Positions 30,291 to 42,659 of a stretch of 64,000 nt of DNA are shown here, piece by piece (the stretch's first letter is position 1; every line of letters begins with the position of its first letter). Made by a program: the position numbers and the translations under genes. This DNA is from an uncultured candidatus Porisulfidus sp. (GTDB lineage Bacteria > Pseudomonadota > Gammaproteobacteria > Poriferisulfidales > Oxydemutatoraceae), in NCBI GenBank assembly GCA_965215125.1, contig OZ244052.1, positions 1,312,001 through 1,376,000 of the forward strand. The letters are read 5' to 3'. The notes under the pieces were generated by a model that was given only the letters and a program-made list of their open reading frames with translations, was not told the DNA's origin and did no database searches.

Positions 30291-31514
30291 ATGAAAGATG
30301 TCAAATTACCTATTTATTTAGATTATAGTTCTACGACACCGGTTGACGAGCGCGTTGCGGAGAAAATGATGCAGTGTCTGACCCCGAGCGGAGCTTTCGG
30401 CAATCCGGCATCGCGTAGCCACACTTTCGGCTGGCAAGCGGAGAAAATGGTGGAACGCGCCCGAGAACAAGTAGCCGAAATGGTTAATGCAGACCCACGC
30501 GAGATCGTTTGGACTAGTGGTGCGACCGAGTCGGACAACCTTGCCATTAAAGGTGCTGCGCACTTCTATGTCAAAAAGGGAAAACACATCATCACCGTCA
30601 AGACCGAACATAAAGCGGTGCTGGATACCTGCAGACAGCTGGAGAAAGAAGGCTATGAACTGAGCTATCTAGACCCCAAACCCGACGGCTTGCTGGATTT
30701 AGACGAATTAGCGCATGCCATACGCAACGACACCATATTGATTTCGGTGATGCATGTCAACAACGAAATCGGTGTCATACAGGACATTCAAAAGATCGGC
30801 GAACTGGCGCGTGAAAAAGGCATTATTTTTCATGTGGATGCTGCGCAAAGTCCCGGCAAAGTACCTATAGACTTGCAATCCTTAAAGGTGGACTTGATGA
30901 GCTTTTCGGCACATAAGATATACGGTCCCAAAGGCATAGGTGCGCTGTATGTGCGGCGTAAGCCTAGAGTGCGGGTAGAGTCGCAAATGCACGGCGGCGG
31001 TCACGAACGCGGCATGCGTTCGGGCACTTTATCCACCCACCAAATAGTCGGCATGGGTGAAGCGTTTGACATCGCCCGGCAGGAGATGGACGACGAACGC
31101 GACCGCATTCTTTCTTTACGCCAGCGGCTGTGGGACGGCATCAAGACTATGGATGAAGTCTATTGCAACGGCGATATAGAACACCGTGTTGCCGGCAACT
31201 TGAATGTTAGTTTTAACTTCGTGGAAGGAGAATCATTGATTATGGCACTGAAAAACATTGCCGTATCTAGCGGTTCTGCTTGCACTTCGGCATCTTTAGA
31301 GCCGAGTTATGTGTTGCGTGCGTTAGGACGCAACGACGAGCTAGCTCATAGCTCGATTCGTTTCACGGTGGGTCGTTATACGACTGCCGATGAGATTGAC
31401 TATACGATAGAACTCGTTAGAAATTCTGTCGAAAAGTTACGCGAGCTTTCACCTTTATGGGAAATGCACCAAGACGGCATAGACCTAGACAAGGTGGAAT
31501 GGGCAGTACATTAA
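30291..31514 (+). CDS. iscS: Cysteine desulfurase IscS
   Basis: [29 protein letters not shown]. Confidence 0.99.
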   Translation: MKDVKLPIYLDYSSTTPVDERVAEKMMQCLTPSGAFGNPASRSHTFGWQAEKMVERAREQVAEMVNADPREIVWTSGATESDNLAIKGAAHFYVKKGKHIITVKTEHKAVLDTCRQLEKEGYELSYLDPKPDGLLDLDELAHAIRNDTILISVMHVNNEIGVIQDIQKIGELAREKGIIFHVDAAQSPGKVPIDLQSLKVDLMSFSAHKIYGPKGIGALYVRRKPRVRVESQMHGGGHERGMRSGTLSTHQIVGMGEAFDIARQEMDDERDRILSLRQRLWDGIKTMDEVYCNGDIEHRVAGNLNVSFNFVEGESLIMALKNIAVSSGSACTSASLEPSYVLRALGRNDELAHSSIRFTVGRYTTADEIDYTIELVRNSVEKLRELSPLWEMHQDGIDLDKVEWAVH

Positions 31515-31535
31515 TTAAAGACGTGGAGGATTACA

Positions 31536-31922
31536 ATGTCTTATGGAGAAAAAGTCTTAGACCATTACGAGAACCCTCGCAATGTGGGTAGCTTGGATAA
31601 AAGCGACCCGCAAGTAGGCACGGGAATGGTCGGTGCGCCGGCTTGTGGCGATGTGATGAAGCTGCAAATCAAAGTCAACGACAAAGGCGTTATACAAGAT
31701 GCCAAGTTCAAGACTTATGGTTGCGGTTCGGCGATTGCATCGTCCAGTTTGCTAACCGAGAAAGTGATAGGCAAGACGCTTGATGAAGCACAGCAAATCA
31801 AGAATACCGAAATAGTCGAGGAACTATCGCTACCTCCGGTGAAGATACATTGCTCGGTTTTAGCCGAGGATGCAATCAAAGCGGCACTGAACGACTATCA
31901 TAGCAAAAAAGCCAAAGCCTAA
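31536..31922 (+). CDS. iscU: Fe-S scaffold IscU
   Basis: HYENPRNVG, APACGD, YGCGSA, LPPVKIHC. Confidence 0.99.
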   Translation: MSYGEKVLDHYENPRNVGSLDKSDPQVGTGMVGAPACGDVMKLQIKVNDKGVIQDAKFKTYGCGSAIASSSLLTEKVIGKTLDEAQQIKNTEIVEELSLPPVKIHCSVLAEDAIKAALNDYHSKKAKA

Positions 31923-31928
31923 GGCTTG

Positions 31929-32252
31929 ATGTCTATTACGCTGACCACTGCGGCGAAAAGCCACATAGGGCGTTTTTTACAAAAGCGCGGCAAAGGATTG
32001 GGCGTCCGCTTGGGTGTCAAAACCACCGGCTGTTCGGGCTTGGCTTATGTGATTGAATATGTCGATGAGGTGAGTGTCGACGACACGGTGTTTGAAGATA
32101 AAGGCATCAAAGTAATCGTTGATGCCAAAAGCCTGGTCTACCTTGACGGCACCGAACTTGATTTCGTCAAAGAAGGATTGAACGAGGGCTTTAAGTTCAC
32201 AAATCCCAATGAAAAAAATCGTTGCGGGTGCGGAGAAAGTTTCTCTATTTGA
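31929..32252 (+). CDS. iscA: A-type Fe-S carrier IscA
   Basis: TGCSG, CGCGESF. Confidence 0.98.
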   Translation: MSITLTTAAKSHIGRFLQKRGKGLGVRLGVKTTGCSGLAYVIEYVDEVSVDDTVFEDKGIKVIVDAKSLVYLDGTELDFVKEGLNEGFKFTNPNEKNRCGCGESFSI

Positions 32253-32264
32253 GCATCACTCTGT

Positions 32265-32579
32265 CATTCCCCTCCTGTGGAGGGGTGGCAGGCGTAATAG
32301 AATCGCCGATTGAGCCAGTAGGTCAATCGGCGTCACATTGTGCAGAATCTTGATACATAGTACAAAATGTAAAGCCTTTCCATGGGGTAGTTGCAACCGT
32401 GTCTGCACAGTGCATAGTATCGGACCATTCCCCTCCTGTGGAAGGGTGGCAGGCAAAGCCTGACGGGGTGGTTGCGACCGTGTCTGCACAATGCATAGTA
32501 TCGGACCATTCCCCTCCTTGTAGGGGCGGACTTATATGTCCGCCCGTAAGGGTGGCAGGCTCCGCCTGACGGGGTGGTT
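32265..32579 (+). repeat. Composite REP-like array between iscA and hscB
   Basis: Core copies at 32265 (with ~90-bp cassette), 32427 and 32507 (with nested GTAG palindrome); near-identical linkers gttgc(a/g)accgtgtctgcaca(g/a)tgcatagtatcggac. Confidence 0.92.
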
Positions 32580-32621
32580 CACAGCCGCAGTCTGCCATGA
32601 ATGTATGCAACCCAACCACCG

Positions 32622-33155
32622 ATGGACTCCGACAGACACCAACAAAATTATTTTGAATTGTTCGGCATAAAACCGACATTTCGTATTGACGAACAAACAA
32701 TAGAAAAAACCTATTTACAGATGCAAGCACTATTCCACCCCGACCGCTTCGCAACGGCAAGCGCACAAGAGCGGCGCATCGCCGCACAAAAATCCGCCTA
32801 TTTAAACGAAGCTCGCGATGTGCTGTTGGATGCTTGCGACCGCGCCGACTATCTATTGAAACTAGAAGGTTGCGCGGTCAACCCGGATGCCTCAATGTCG
32901 GATAACGATTTTTTAATGGAGCAGATGGAATATAGAGAACGCCTGGAAGAAGCGGCAACGCAACAATCGAGCGAACCGGCGGTTGCTTTATGCGCCGAGA
33001 TTGAATGTCAAAGTACCCGAATAGATGAAGATTTTGAACAAGCCTACGACACGGCAATGTTTGATACCGCACAATCTCTGCTCGCCCGAATGCGATTTAT
33101 GAAAAAACTGAAAGCCGAAGCCAAAGCAATTATCGCTTCTAAAGAGAGTCTCTGA
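32622..33155 (+). CDS. hscB: Co-chaperone HscB
   Basis: NYFELF, J-domain HPD, RADYLL, FLMEQME. Confidence 0.97.
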   Translation: MDSDRHQQNYFELFGIKPTFRIDEQTIEKTYLQMQALFHPDRFATASAQERRIAAQKSAYLNEARDVLLDACDRADYLLKLEGCAVNPDASMSDNDFLMEQMEYRERLEEAATQQSSEPAVALCAEIECQSTRIDEDFEQAYDTAMFDTAQSLLARMRFMKKLKAEAKAIIASKESL

Positions 33156-35038
33156 TGTCTTTGTTGCAGATTACCGAACCGGGGCAATCGGATGCACAAC
33201 ACAAACAGTCGGTATGTGTTGCCGGTATAGATTTAGGTACTACGAACTCATTGATTGCCGTCGTAGAAGCAGAGAAACCTCGCGTCCTGAACGATGCGCA
33301 GCAGCGAGCGCATCTTCCGTCGGCAGTGCATTACCGTGCCGATGCCCCGCCCCTGGTGGGCTTTGATGCCCTTGCCAAATCCGAACAAGCCCCGCTGGAC
33401 ACCTTGGTCTCTATCAAACGATTGATGGGGCGAGGTGCCGACCAAATCGATGCCATGAAGGAGACTTTCGGTTATCGCTTTATAACCGAAGACTCCAAAG
33501 TGCCGAAGATTAGAACCGCCGCCGGAGACAAGAGTGCCGTAGAAGTCTCTGCCGACATATTAAAGACACTGAGCCTGCGTGCCGAACAAGCCTTGGACAA
33601 ACCTTTAGAAGGCGTGGTGATTACGGTGCCGGCATATTTCGACGATGCGCAAAGACAAGCGACCAAAGATGCCGCAACGCTGGCCGGCTTGAAAGTCTAC
33701 CGATTATTGAACGAACCGACTGCCGCCGCAGTCGCTTACGGCTTGGATCGCATTGCAGAGGAAGAGACGATTTTGGTTTATGACTTAGGCGGTGGAACCT
33801 TTGATTTATCGGTTCTCAAAATGGAACGAGGCATATTAAGAGTATTGGCTACCGGTGGCGACACGCTGTTGGGAGGAGATGACTTTGACCTGCTGATAGC
33901 GCAACACTTCATACAACAATCATCGGTCCCCATAAAACCGGAATCCGAACTGATGCGTAGCCTACTCAACGAGGCACGCAGAGCCAAGCACATACTCAGC
34001 GCACAGCGCGAATATAACGGCACCCTAGAGATTGCCGATTTAGACCCATGGAAAGTTTCTTTAACGCAACCCGAATTAGACGAGCTGATAACACCGGCGG
34101 TTGATAAAACTTTGTCTATATGCAAGAAAGTATTGGATGATGCCGGCATCGGCACAAAGCAAATACATAACATCGTTTTGGTGGGAGGGTCTACTCGTAT
34201 TCCACTAGTGCGCCGCCGTATTCAACAAGCGATAGGCATCGAACCTTTGATCGGCATAGACCCCGATCAGGTCGTTGCGTTGGGCGCAGCGATACAAGCC
34301 GAAGTGTTGGCAGGCAATATGCAAACCGACGATAAATTATTGTTATTGGATGTGGTGCCGTTGTCCTTAGGCATCGAAACTATGGGCGGGCTTGTAGAGA
34401 GAATCATTCCCAGAAACAGCGTGATACCTACCTCCAGAGTGCAGGAGTTCACAACCTATAAGGATGGTCAAACCGGTATGGTGATACATGTGGTGCAAGG
34501 TGAACGAGAATTGATTGCCGATTGCCGCTCACTGGCACGCTTTGAATTAAAAGGCATCACACCCAGAGTTGCGGGGGCATCCAAAGTGCGTGTGACTTTT
34601 ACCGTGGATGCAGACGGTCTGCTATCGGTCTCGGCGGTTGATGCCGAGAGCGGCGCACAAGCGTGCGTAGAAGTGAAACCATCCTACGGCTTGTCCGATA
34701 CCGATATAGAACAGATGATTAGAACATCGGCACAACACGCCGCAGAAGATGTTGCCGCACGCGCACTCAAGGAAAAACAAGTGGAAAGCAGACGCGTGCT
34801 CGATGCCCTCGCATCGGCACTGGACGAAGACCGCGCCCTATTGTCCGACGAAGCAGAAGAACAAAACATACTCAAAGCACGCAATACACTACGGCACGAA
34901 TTGGATCACGGCGATGCCGACCAAATAGACAAAGCACTAAAGGACTTGGAAGCTAGTAGCGAAGCATTTATCGCTCGCCGTATGAATGCCACCATACGCA
35001 AAACCCTGCAAGGCAAATCGGCAGCAGAGTTTAACTGA
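33155..35038 (+). CDS. hscA: Fe-S chaperone HscA
   Basis: [40 protein letters not shown]. Confidence 0.98.
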   Translation: MSLLQITEPGQSDAQHKQSVCVAGIDLGTTNSLIAVVEAEKPRVLNDAQQRAHLPSAVHYRADAPPLVGFDALAKSEQAPLDTLVSIKRLMGRGADQIDAMKETFGYRFITEDSKVPKIRTAAGDKSAVEVSADILKTLSLRAEQALDKPLEGVVITVPAYFDDAQRQATKDAATLAGLKVYRLLNEPTAAAVAYGLDRIAEEETILVYDLGGGTFDLSVLKMERGILRVLATGGDTLLGGDDFDLLIAQHFIQQSSVPIKPESELMRSLLNEARRAKHILSAQREYNGTLEIADLDPWKVSLTQPELDELITPAVDKTLSICKKVLDDAGIGTKQIHNIVLVGGSTRIPLVRRRIQQAIGIEPLIGIDPDQVVALGAAIQAEVLAGNMQTDDKLLLLDVVPLSLGIETMGGLVERIIPRNSVIPTSRVQEFTTYKDGQTGMVIHVVQGERELIADCRSLARFELKGITPRVAGASKVRVTFTVDADGLLSVSAVDAESGAQACVEVKPSYGLSDTDIEQMIRTSAQHAAEDVAARALKEKQVESRRVLDALASALDEDRALLSDEAEEQNILKARNTLRHELDHGDADQIDKALKDLEASSEAFIARRMNATIRKTLQGKSAAEFN

Positions 35039-35061
35039 TGTAAAAAATACAGAGTATCGTA

Positions 35062-35400
35062 ATGCCTAAAATCACTTTTTTACCCCACGAAAAACTATGC
35101 CCCGAAGGCAAAATAGTAGAAGTGGATAGCGGCACCAGTATCTGCGATGCGGCACTGAAAAACGACATAGAACTAGAACATGCCTGCGAGAAATCATGCG
35201 CCTGCACAACCTGCCATGTGTATATACGCGAAGGTTCCGACGCACTCGACGAACCCACCGAAAACGAAGAAGACTATCTCGACAAAGCCTGGGGACTAGA
35301 CCCCGACTCACGGCTTAGCTGCCAAGCCATCGTAAAAGACCAAGACCTAGTCGTCGAAATACCCAAATACACCATCAATCTGGTATCCGAACAACACTAA
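35062..35400 (+). CDS. fdx: ISC 2Fe-2S ferredoxin
   Basis: HACEKSCACTTCH, SRLSCQ. Confidence 0.98.
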   Translation: MPKITFLPHEKLCPEGKIVEVDSGTSICDAALKNDIELEHACEKSCACTTCHVYIREGSDALDEPTENEEDYLDKAWGLDPDSRLSCQAIVKDQDLVVEIPKYTINLVSEQH

Positions 35401-35565
35401 TATTTCTCTTTTTTGGAGAGGTGGCAGGCTTCGCCTGAAGGGGTAATTGTGTTGAGTTTGCACGGGAAATCCTGCACTTTGAAAAATTTATTAGTATGAT
35501 TATAATAATTAATTAGATATATTAAGCAAATATTACTAAAATGTTTTTTAGTTTAACTACAGTAA

Positions 35566-37758
<2,193 letters not shown>

Positions 37759-37862
37759 TCCTAGTCTGCCAATCCAGAATAAAACCGCCGTTTGTTGTCG
37801 TTGCAACAAACGGCGCAATACTGCCGAAACCACAGCATAAACCACATGTGTAGAGGTGAACT

Positions 37863-37907
37863 ATTCCCCTCCTCTGGAGGGGTGACAGGCGCAATGGAAC
37901 CGCCGAT
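37863..37907 (+). repeat. Truncated composite REP-like copy
   Basis: attcccctcctctggaggggtgacaggcgcaatggaaccgccgatt. Confidence 0.75.
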
Positions 37908-37941
37908 TATCGCCGAGTACCCCCCACTTGAGCAGAGTGCG

Positions 37942-38619
37942 TTAAACCATAAAAGCAATCAGCGCAGCACCCATAATGCCAAGCAAAGTAAAACCGAGGA
38001 GCATTATCCCCCCTAGAACCAACGGTAGCTTCCAGTTAACAGTTTGTTTGAGATCTTTCACCGTTGATACTAACGCTTGCAGTGTCCGCATCATTTCGGT
38101 TTGTGACATATATTCGCGTTCCAATGCGATTTTGATATCCTCCGGCGAAAGTTTATCTCGCCCTTGGTACGGGCATTCATAGAGTGTGGATGACGGATGA
38201 TGAAGGCGATGAAACTCAACTGTCAAAAATCTATCCTTGTGCGGCACGATGATTGGTTTACTAGATAAATTGGTTAATCCGATAATTAACCGCCCTTCAA
38301 AGCCGGGGTCAACTTGAGGTCCGACCGTGGCGATCAGACCTTTACGTGCGTAAGAACTAGTTAATCCAAAACGGGCTGTATGTTGCAAGTCCAGTGTCAG
38401 TTTTTCGTGTGTGAGCATAATAACAAAATCCCCCGGCGTGATTTCTATAAAGCCCGTTTTGGTTAAATCTAATACTTCCTTTTTAGCTGAACTGGCTGCT
38501 TGATCACCAACTCGCAGATCGTAAGATGCCGGCTGTAGTAGCTCTTCAGAAAAAGGTTCTATCACTATGGACGAACTGTTTTTACATGTATTAAGTATGT
38601 CTTCGTTGGAGAGAATCAT
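37942..38619 (-). CDS. dCTP deaminase/dUTPase-fold protein with C-terminal helix and TM anchor
   Basis: MILSNEDI..IEPF..LQPASYDLRVG, SSYARKGL, VDPGFEG; about 25 hydrophobic residues at the C-terminus. Confidence 0.85.
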   Translation of the reverse strand: MILSNEDILNTCKNSSSIVIEPFSEELLQPASYDLRVGDQAASSAKKEVLDLTKTGFIEITPGDFVIMLTHEKLTLDLQHTARFGLTSSYARKGLIATVGPQVDPGFEGRLIIGLTNLSSKPIIVPHKDRFLTVEFHRLHHPSSTLYECPYQGRDKLSPEDIKIALEREYMSQTEMMRTLQALVSTVKDLKQTVNWKLPLVLGGIMLLGFTLLGIMGAALIAFMV

Positions 38620-38781
38620 ACAATACCCATATACCTGTGTTTAATTAATTGGTTTTCAATGTTCACGGATTATAGCACATGCGATCCTTTGCTTTGTAAA
38701 AAGCTGTTTTATCGGGACAAGATGTTTTTAGTATAAAAATTGAAGTGCGAGTATTTGCGATGCGAAGCGGTTGGGTTGATC

Positions 38782-38909
38782 CATTCCCTTTCTATGGAGA
38801 GGTGGCAGGCGCAATAGAACCGCCGATTAAGCCAGTAGGTTAATCGGCGTAACGTTTTGCAGAATCTTAGTACATATTGCAAAATGTAAAGCCTTTCCAT
38901 GGGGTGGTT
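38782..38909 (+). repeat. Composite REP-like element with ~90-bp cassette
   Basis: Collinear with 32265-32392 and with the reverse complement of 62276-62403. Confidence 0.9.
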
Positions 38910-39117
38910 TTATCAACCGCCACGCGCCCCGGACATATGTAAACCGGCACGTCGCTTTTGCACCAACTCAACCACCCTGCGCCTCAATATTTCCTAGCTA
39001 CTGCCTCTTTATTCGTTCCTTGATTACAGTTCTCTGGCACTGCTAAAATTAGGGTTGTATGACACCGCCTGAATATGTTGCATAATAACCCTTTTAATCA
39101 TTTATAAATCTACGGCG

Positions 39118-40674
39118 ATGGCAAAAAGCGATACAAAAAAAATTGAAAATATAGAGGCGCAATTATTCAAAGTAGCCGATAAGCTACGCAAAAACATTGA
39201 TGCGGCGGAATACAAGCACATAGTACTCGGCTTGATATTTCTCAGATACATATCGGATTCTTTCGAGGCACAACATCGCGAATTAAACCGCAAATTAAAA
39301 GAAACCAAAGTAGAATTTCCACCCGACCCCGAAGATCCCGATGAATACGCGTCTAGGAATACCTTTTGGGTTCCTGAAGAGGCTCGCTGGTCGTACTTGC
39401 AAGATCGTGCCAAGCTATCGAGTATCGGCAAGGATTTAGACTCGGCAATGGAAAAGATAGAAAAAGAGAGTCCCAACCTCAAGGGTATTTTGCCTAAGGT
39501 CTATGCAAAACCGAACCTTGACAGAGCCACCCTAGGCGGTCTGATTGATTTAATCAGCGATATTGCTCTAGGTGAAGCAGCGCAGCAGTCAAGGGATATT
39601 CTAGGCAAAGTCTATGAGTATTTTTTGGGAGAGTTTGCTTTAGCGGAAGGCAAAAAGGGCGGTCAATTCTATACGCCTAAATCAATTGTGAAGCTCTTGG
39701 TTGAGATGATAGAACCTTATCACGGCAGAGTTTTTGACCCTTGCTGTGGTAGCGGCGGTATGTTTGTGATGAGCGAAAAATTTGTTGAAGAGCATAGTGG
39801 GCTAATCAAAGACATCTCTATTTACGGACAAGAGAGTAATCAAACAACCTATAGATTATGCCGAATGAATCTGGCAATTCGGAACATTGACGGTTCACAG
39901 GTGCAATGGAACAACGAAGGTTCATTTTTGAAAGATGCACACCCCGATTTGAAAGCCGACTTTATACTTGCCAATCCACCGTTTAACGATAGCGACTGGA
40001 GCGGCGACCTACTACAAGACGACCCGCGTTGGAAATACGGCACGCCGCCGGCGAGCAACGCTAACTTTGCATGGGTGCAACACTTCTTATATCACCTAAG
40101 CCCTAAAGGTGTGGCAGGCTTTGTTTTGTCCAAAGGCTCGCTAACTTCTAAAACTTCCGGCGAGGATGTTATCCGAAAAAACTTAATCGACGGCAGTTTT
40201 GTAGACTGCATCGTCAACCTGCCGACAAAATTATTCCTCAACACACAGATTCCCGCGTGCCTCTGGTTCATATCCAACAAACGATACGGCTTTAACGGCG
40301 ACAGAAGTCGTAGTGGAGAAATGCTATTTATTGACGCACGGCACTTGGGACATTTAATAAACAGACGTACCCGAGAATTTTCCGATGAAGACATCGGCAA
40401 GGTTTCCGACACCTACCACCAATGGAGAAAGACAGACGGTCAATACAAAGATGTTCCGGGTTTTTGTGCATCGGTAGCGATTGAGAGAGTAAAAGAATTG
40501 GATTATGTGCTCAGCCCGGGACGTTATGTAGGCACCGTAGAAATAGAGGACGACCATGACTTTGCCGAGCGTTTTGCAGAACTAAAAGCAGAGTTTGAAA
40601 CACAGGTGAGAGCAGAGGCTGGATTGAGCAAACGGATTTTAGAAAACTTAAACAAAATTGAATATGAGAAATAA
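39118..40674 (+). CDS. hsdM: Type I R-M methyltransferase subunit
   Basis: EYKHIVLGLIFLRYISD, GQFYTP, DPCCGSGG, NPPF. Confidence 0.97.
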   Translation: MAKSDTKKIENIEAQLFKVADKLRKNIDAAEYKHIVLGLIFLRYISDSFEAQHRELNRKLKETKVEFPPDPEDPDEYASRNTFWVPEEARWSYLQDRAKLSSIGKDLDSAMEKIEKESPNLKGILPKVYAKPNLDRATLGGLIDLISDIALGEAAQQSRDILGKVYEYFLGEFALAEGKKGGQFYTPKSIVKLLVEMIEPYHGRVFDPCCGSGGMFVMSEKFVEEHSGLIKDISIYGQESNQTTYRLCRMNLAIRNIDGSQVQWNNEGSFLKDAHPDLKADFILANPPFNDSDWSGDLLQDDPRWKYGTPPASNANFAWVQHFLYHLSPKGVAGFVLSKGSLTSKTSGEDVIRKNLIDGSFVDCIVNLPTKLFLNTQIPACLWFISNKRYGFNGDRSRSGEMLFIDARHLGHLINRRTREFSDEDIGKVSDTYHQWRKTDGQYKDVPGFCASVAIERVKELDYVLSPGRYVGTVEIEDDHDFAERFAELKAEFETQVRAEAGLSKRILENLNKIEYEK

Positions 40675-40698
40675 ACCGAAACCGTCAAGAGGGAACTC

Positions 40699-41106
40699 AT
40701 GGATAATGATTTGAGATGGAAACAACGTTTTCAAAATTTTGAAAAATCTTTTGAGGCTTTGCAGAGACGGATAAATCAATACGAGCAATATCCTAACGAC
40801 GAGGGTTCTCAAATGGCATTGTTATCATCTTTTATAATCATGTATGAACTCAGCTGGAAAGTACTCAAAGATTATTTACAAAACGAAGGTGTAGATGTGA
40901 ACAATAGTCCTAGAAATGTATTCAGAAATGCATTTCAAAACGAGCTGATATTCAAAATAGAGCCATGGATGGAGTCAATTGTCATAAGAAATGAAACGGT
41001 TCATACCTATCATGAGGATATTTTGCGAGAAGTCATTCAGTTTATTACCGAGACCTTTTATCCTATTGTTCGGGATCTGTATTTTCAACTGAAAAAAGAA
41101 CTATGA
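40699..41106 (+). CDS. HEPN toxin (HI0074 / nucleotidyltransferase substrate-binding family)
   Basis: RWKQRFQNF, YELSWKVLKDYL, SPR, RNETVHTY (R-x4-H-x-Y). Confidence 0.9.
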   Translation: MDNDLRWKQRFQNFEKSFEALQRRINQYEQYPNDEGSQMALLSSFIIMYELSWKVLKDYLQNEGVDVNNSPRNVFRNAFQNELIFKIEPWMESIVIRNETVHTYHEDILREVIQFITETFYPIVRDLYFQLKKEL

Positions 41107-42578
41107 AATACGGTTTGTCCGAAGAACAACTGGCAGAGATCTGTAATATCATTGGTTCATATCCCCAAATAGAAGCAGCGGTTATTTACGGTTCACGGGC
41201 TGACGGTGCTTATAAAGAAGCCTCGGATGTAGATATTGCTATCAAAGGAGGAAAAACCAACGAATCCCTTGCCGCAAAACTAAAATTCCATTTAGAGGAA
41301 GAAACCTACCTGCCTTTCTTTTTTGATGTCATCGCCTACAATGCCATCACCTCCACCGAACTAAAAAATCAAATCAAGGTTAAAGGCAAAACAATCTATC
41401 GGAGGGGGTGGCGTGAAGTTAAATTGGGAGATGTTGTAGAAATAATAGGCGGAGGAACACCCAGTACCAAAGAACCTAAATATTGGAATGGTGATATTCC
41501 TTGGTTAACACCCAGAGATTTATCTGATTTTAAGTGTAGATATATAGCTAAAGGTGAGAGAAATATATCCAAATTAGGATTACAAAATTCAAATGCAAAA
41601 TTACTTCCCGTAGGAGCGGTGCTTTTAACTACTAGAGCACCAGTTGGTTACTTGGCAATTGCTAGAGATGAGATTGCTGTCAATCAGGGATTTAAGGGAT
41701 TAATTGCAAACAGACATATTGATAATTTACTTTTATATTATCTGTTGAAACACAATGTTGATTATCTTAAAGCACATTCAAGTGGAACAACTTTTGGTGA
41801 GTTATCTAAAGCCTCCTTAACATCTATACCATTTTACATTCCCTCTCTTCCCGAACAAAAAGCCATTGCCGAAGTTTTGAGTAGCCTTGACGACAAAATA
41901 GATCTTTTACACCGACAAAACAAAACTCTTGAGAATATGGCACAAATCCTATTCCAAAAATGGTTTATTGAAGACGCAGACGATACATGGGAAGAGAAAC
42001 CTTTGGCTGATTTACTAGATTTTCTAGAAGGTCCAGGCATCCGTAATTGGCAATACACAGAAAAAGGGACACGCTTTATAAATATCAGATTAATACAAGA
42101 TGGCGAAATAGATGTTAAAAAATCAAACTTCATATCTGACGAAGAGGCAAATGGTAAATATAAACATTTTTCACTACAGGAAAGAGATATGGTTGTTTCT
42201 ACTTCTGGTACTTTAGGAAAAGTAGCAATCGTTCGTTCTTATCACTTGCCCTTGATGCTCAATACAAGCGTGATTAGATTTAGACCTAAAGACGGCATAA
42301 ACTATTCGTTCATGTACCAATACTTACAATCAAAGGAATTTAAGAATGAACTGGAAAGCCTAGGAAGTGGTAGCGTCCAGAAAAATTTTGGTCCAACTCA
42401 TTTGAAAATGATGAAGATGAGAATTCCTCCAGAAAGAGCTTTGAATGACTTCAGAAATCATGTTGATGACCTGTATTCAAAATTATTACAGAACTATTCT
42501 CACATTTATGAAATTGAGACCATTAAAAATACGCTTGCACCCAAATTAATGAGTGGTAAAGCGAGAGTAGTAAAATAA
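41103..42578 (+). CDS. hsdS: MNT nucleotidyltransferase fused to Type I specificity subunit HsdS
   Basis: aa 1-100 carry GS-x10-DVD and PFFFDV; then WREVKLGDV, TRD1, the EQKAIAEVLSSLDDKID spacer, TRD2 and PKLMSGKARV, all in one frame. Confidence 0.93.
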   Translation: MKYGLSEEQLAEICNIIGSYPQIEAAVIYGSRADGAYKEASDVDIAIKGGKTNESLAAKLKFHLEEETYLPFFFDVIAYNAITSTELKNQIKVKGKTIYRRGWREVKLGDVVEIIGGGTPSTKEPKYWNGDIPWLTPRDLSDFKCRYIAKGERNISKLGLQNSNAKLLPVGAVLLTTRAPVGYLAIARDEIAVNQGFKGLIANRHIDNLLLYYLLKHNVDYLKAHSSGTTFGELSKASLTSIPFYIPSLPEQKAIAEVLSSLDDKIDLLHRQNKTLENMAQILFQKWFIEDADDTWEEKPLADLLDFLEGPGIRNWQYTEKGTRFINIRLIQDGEIDVKKSNFISDEEANGKYKHFSLQERDMVVSTSGTLGKVAIVRSYHLPLMLNTSVIRFRPKDGINYSFMYQYLQSKEFKNELESLGSGSVQKNFGPTHLKMMKMRIPPERALNDFRNHVDDLYSKLLQNYSHIYEIETIKNTLAPKLMSGKARVVK

Positions 42579-42659
42579 TTCGTATAATATCTTGATGAAG
42601 TTTAGAGGTTATGAAAGGAATAAAATAAATCACGGTAAAACACATATTATTAAAGAACA

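Noticed and set aside
32265-32579. Integron attC sites or CRISPR repeats as the identity of the dispersed hairpins
   Set aside because: There are no RYYYAAC/GTTRRRY ends, no integrase and no cassette-sized spacing; the copies sit between housekeeping genes.
35480-35560. OxyR or Fur site upstream of katG
   Set aside because: The region is very AT-rich and matches to either consensus are too degenerate to call.
37942-38619. The described anti-phage dCTP deaminase (zinc CMP/dCMP-deaminase plus kinase type)
   Set aside because: This protein has the trimeric Dcd/dUTPase fold, with no HxE/PCxxC motif or kinase domain.
38709-38900. Repeated peptide ORF MERLYIL...RRLTYWLNRRFYC (also at 62285)
   Set aside because: It is the translation of the repeat cassette. 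The copy at 32.3 kb has an in-frame TGA, so coding is not conserved. ORFs 22160, 22296, 32256, 32323, 62224, 62261 and 62333 are likewise repeat-derived.
41400-41412. Phase-variable G tract or internal start separating MNT from HsdS
   Set aside because: The run is only G5, and the GTGs after the GGAGG are out of frame with HsdS.
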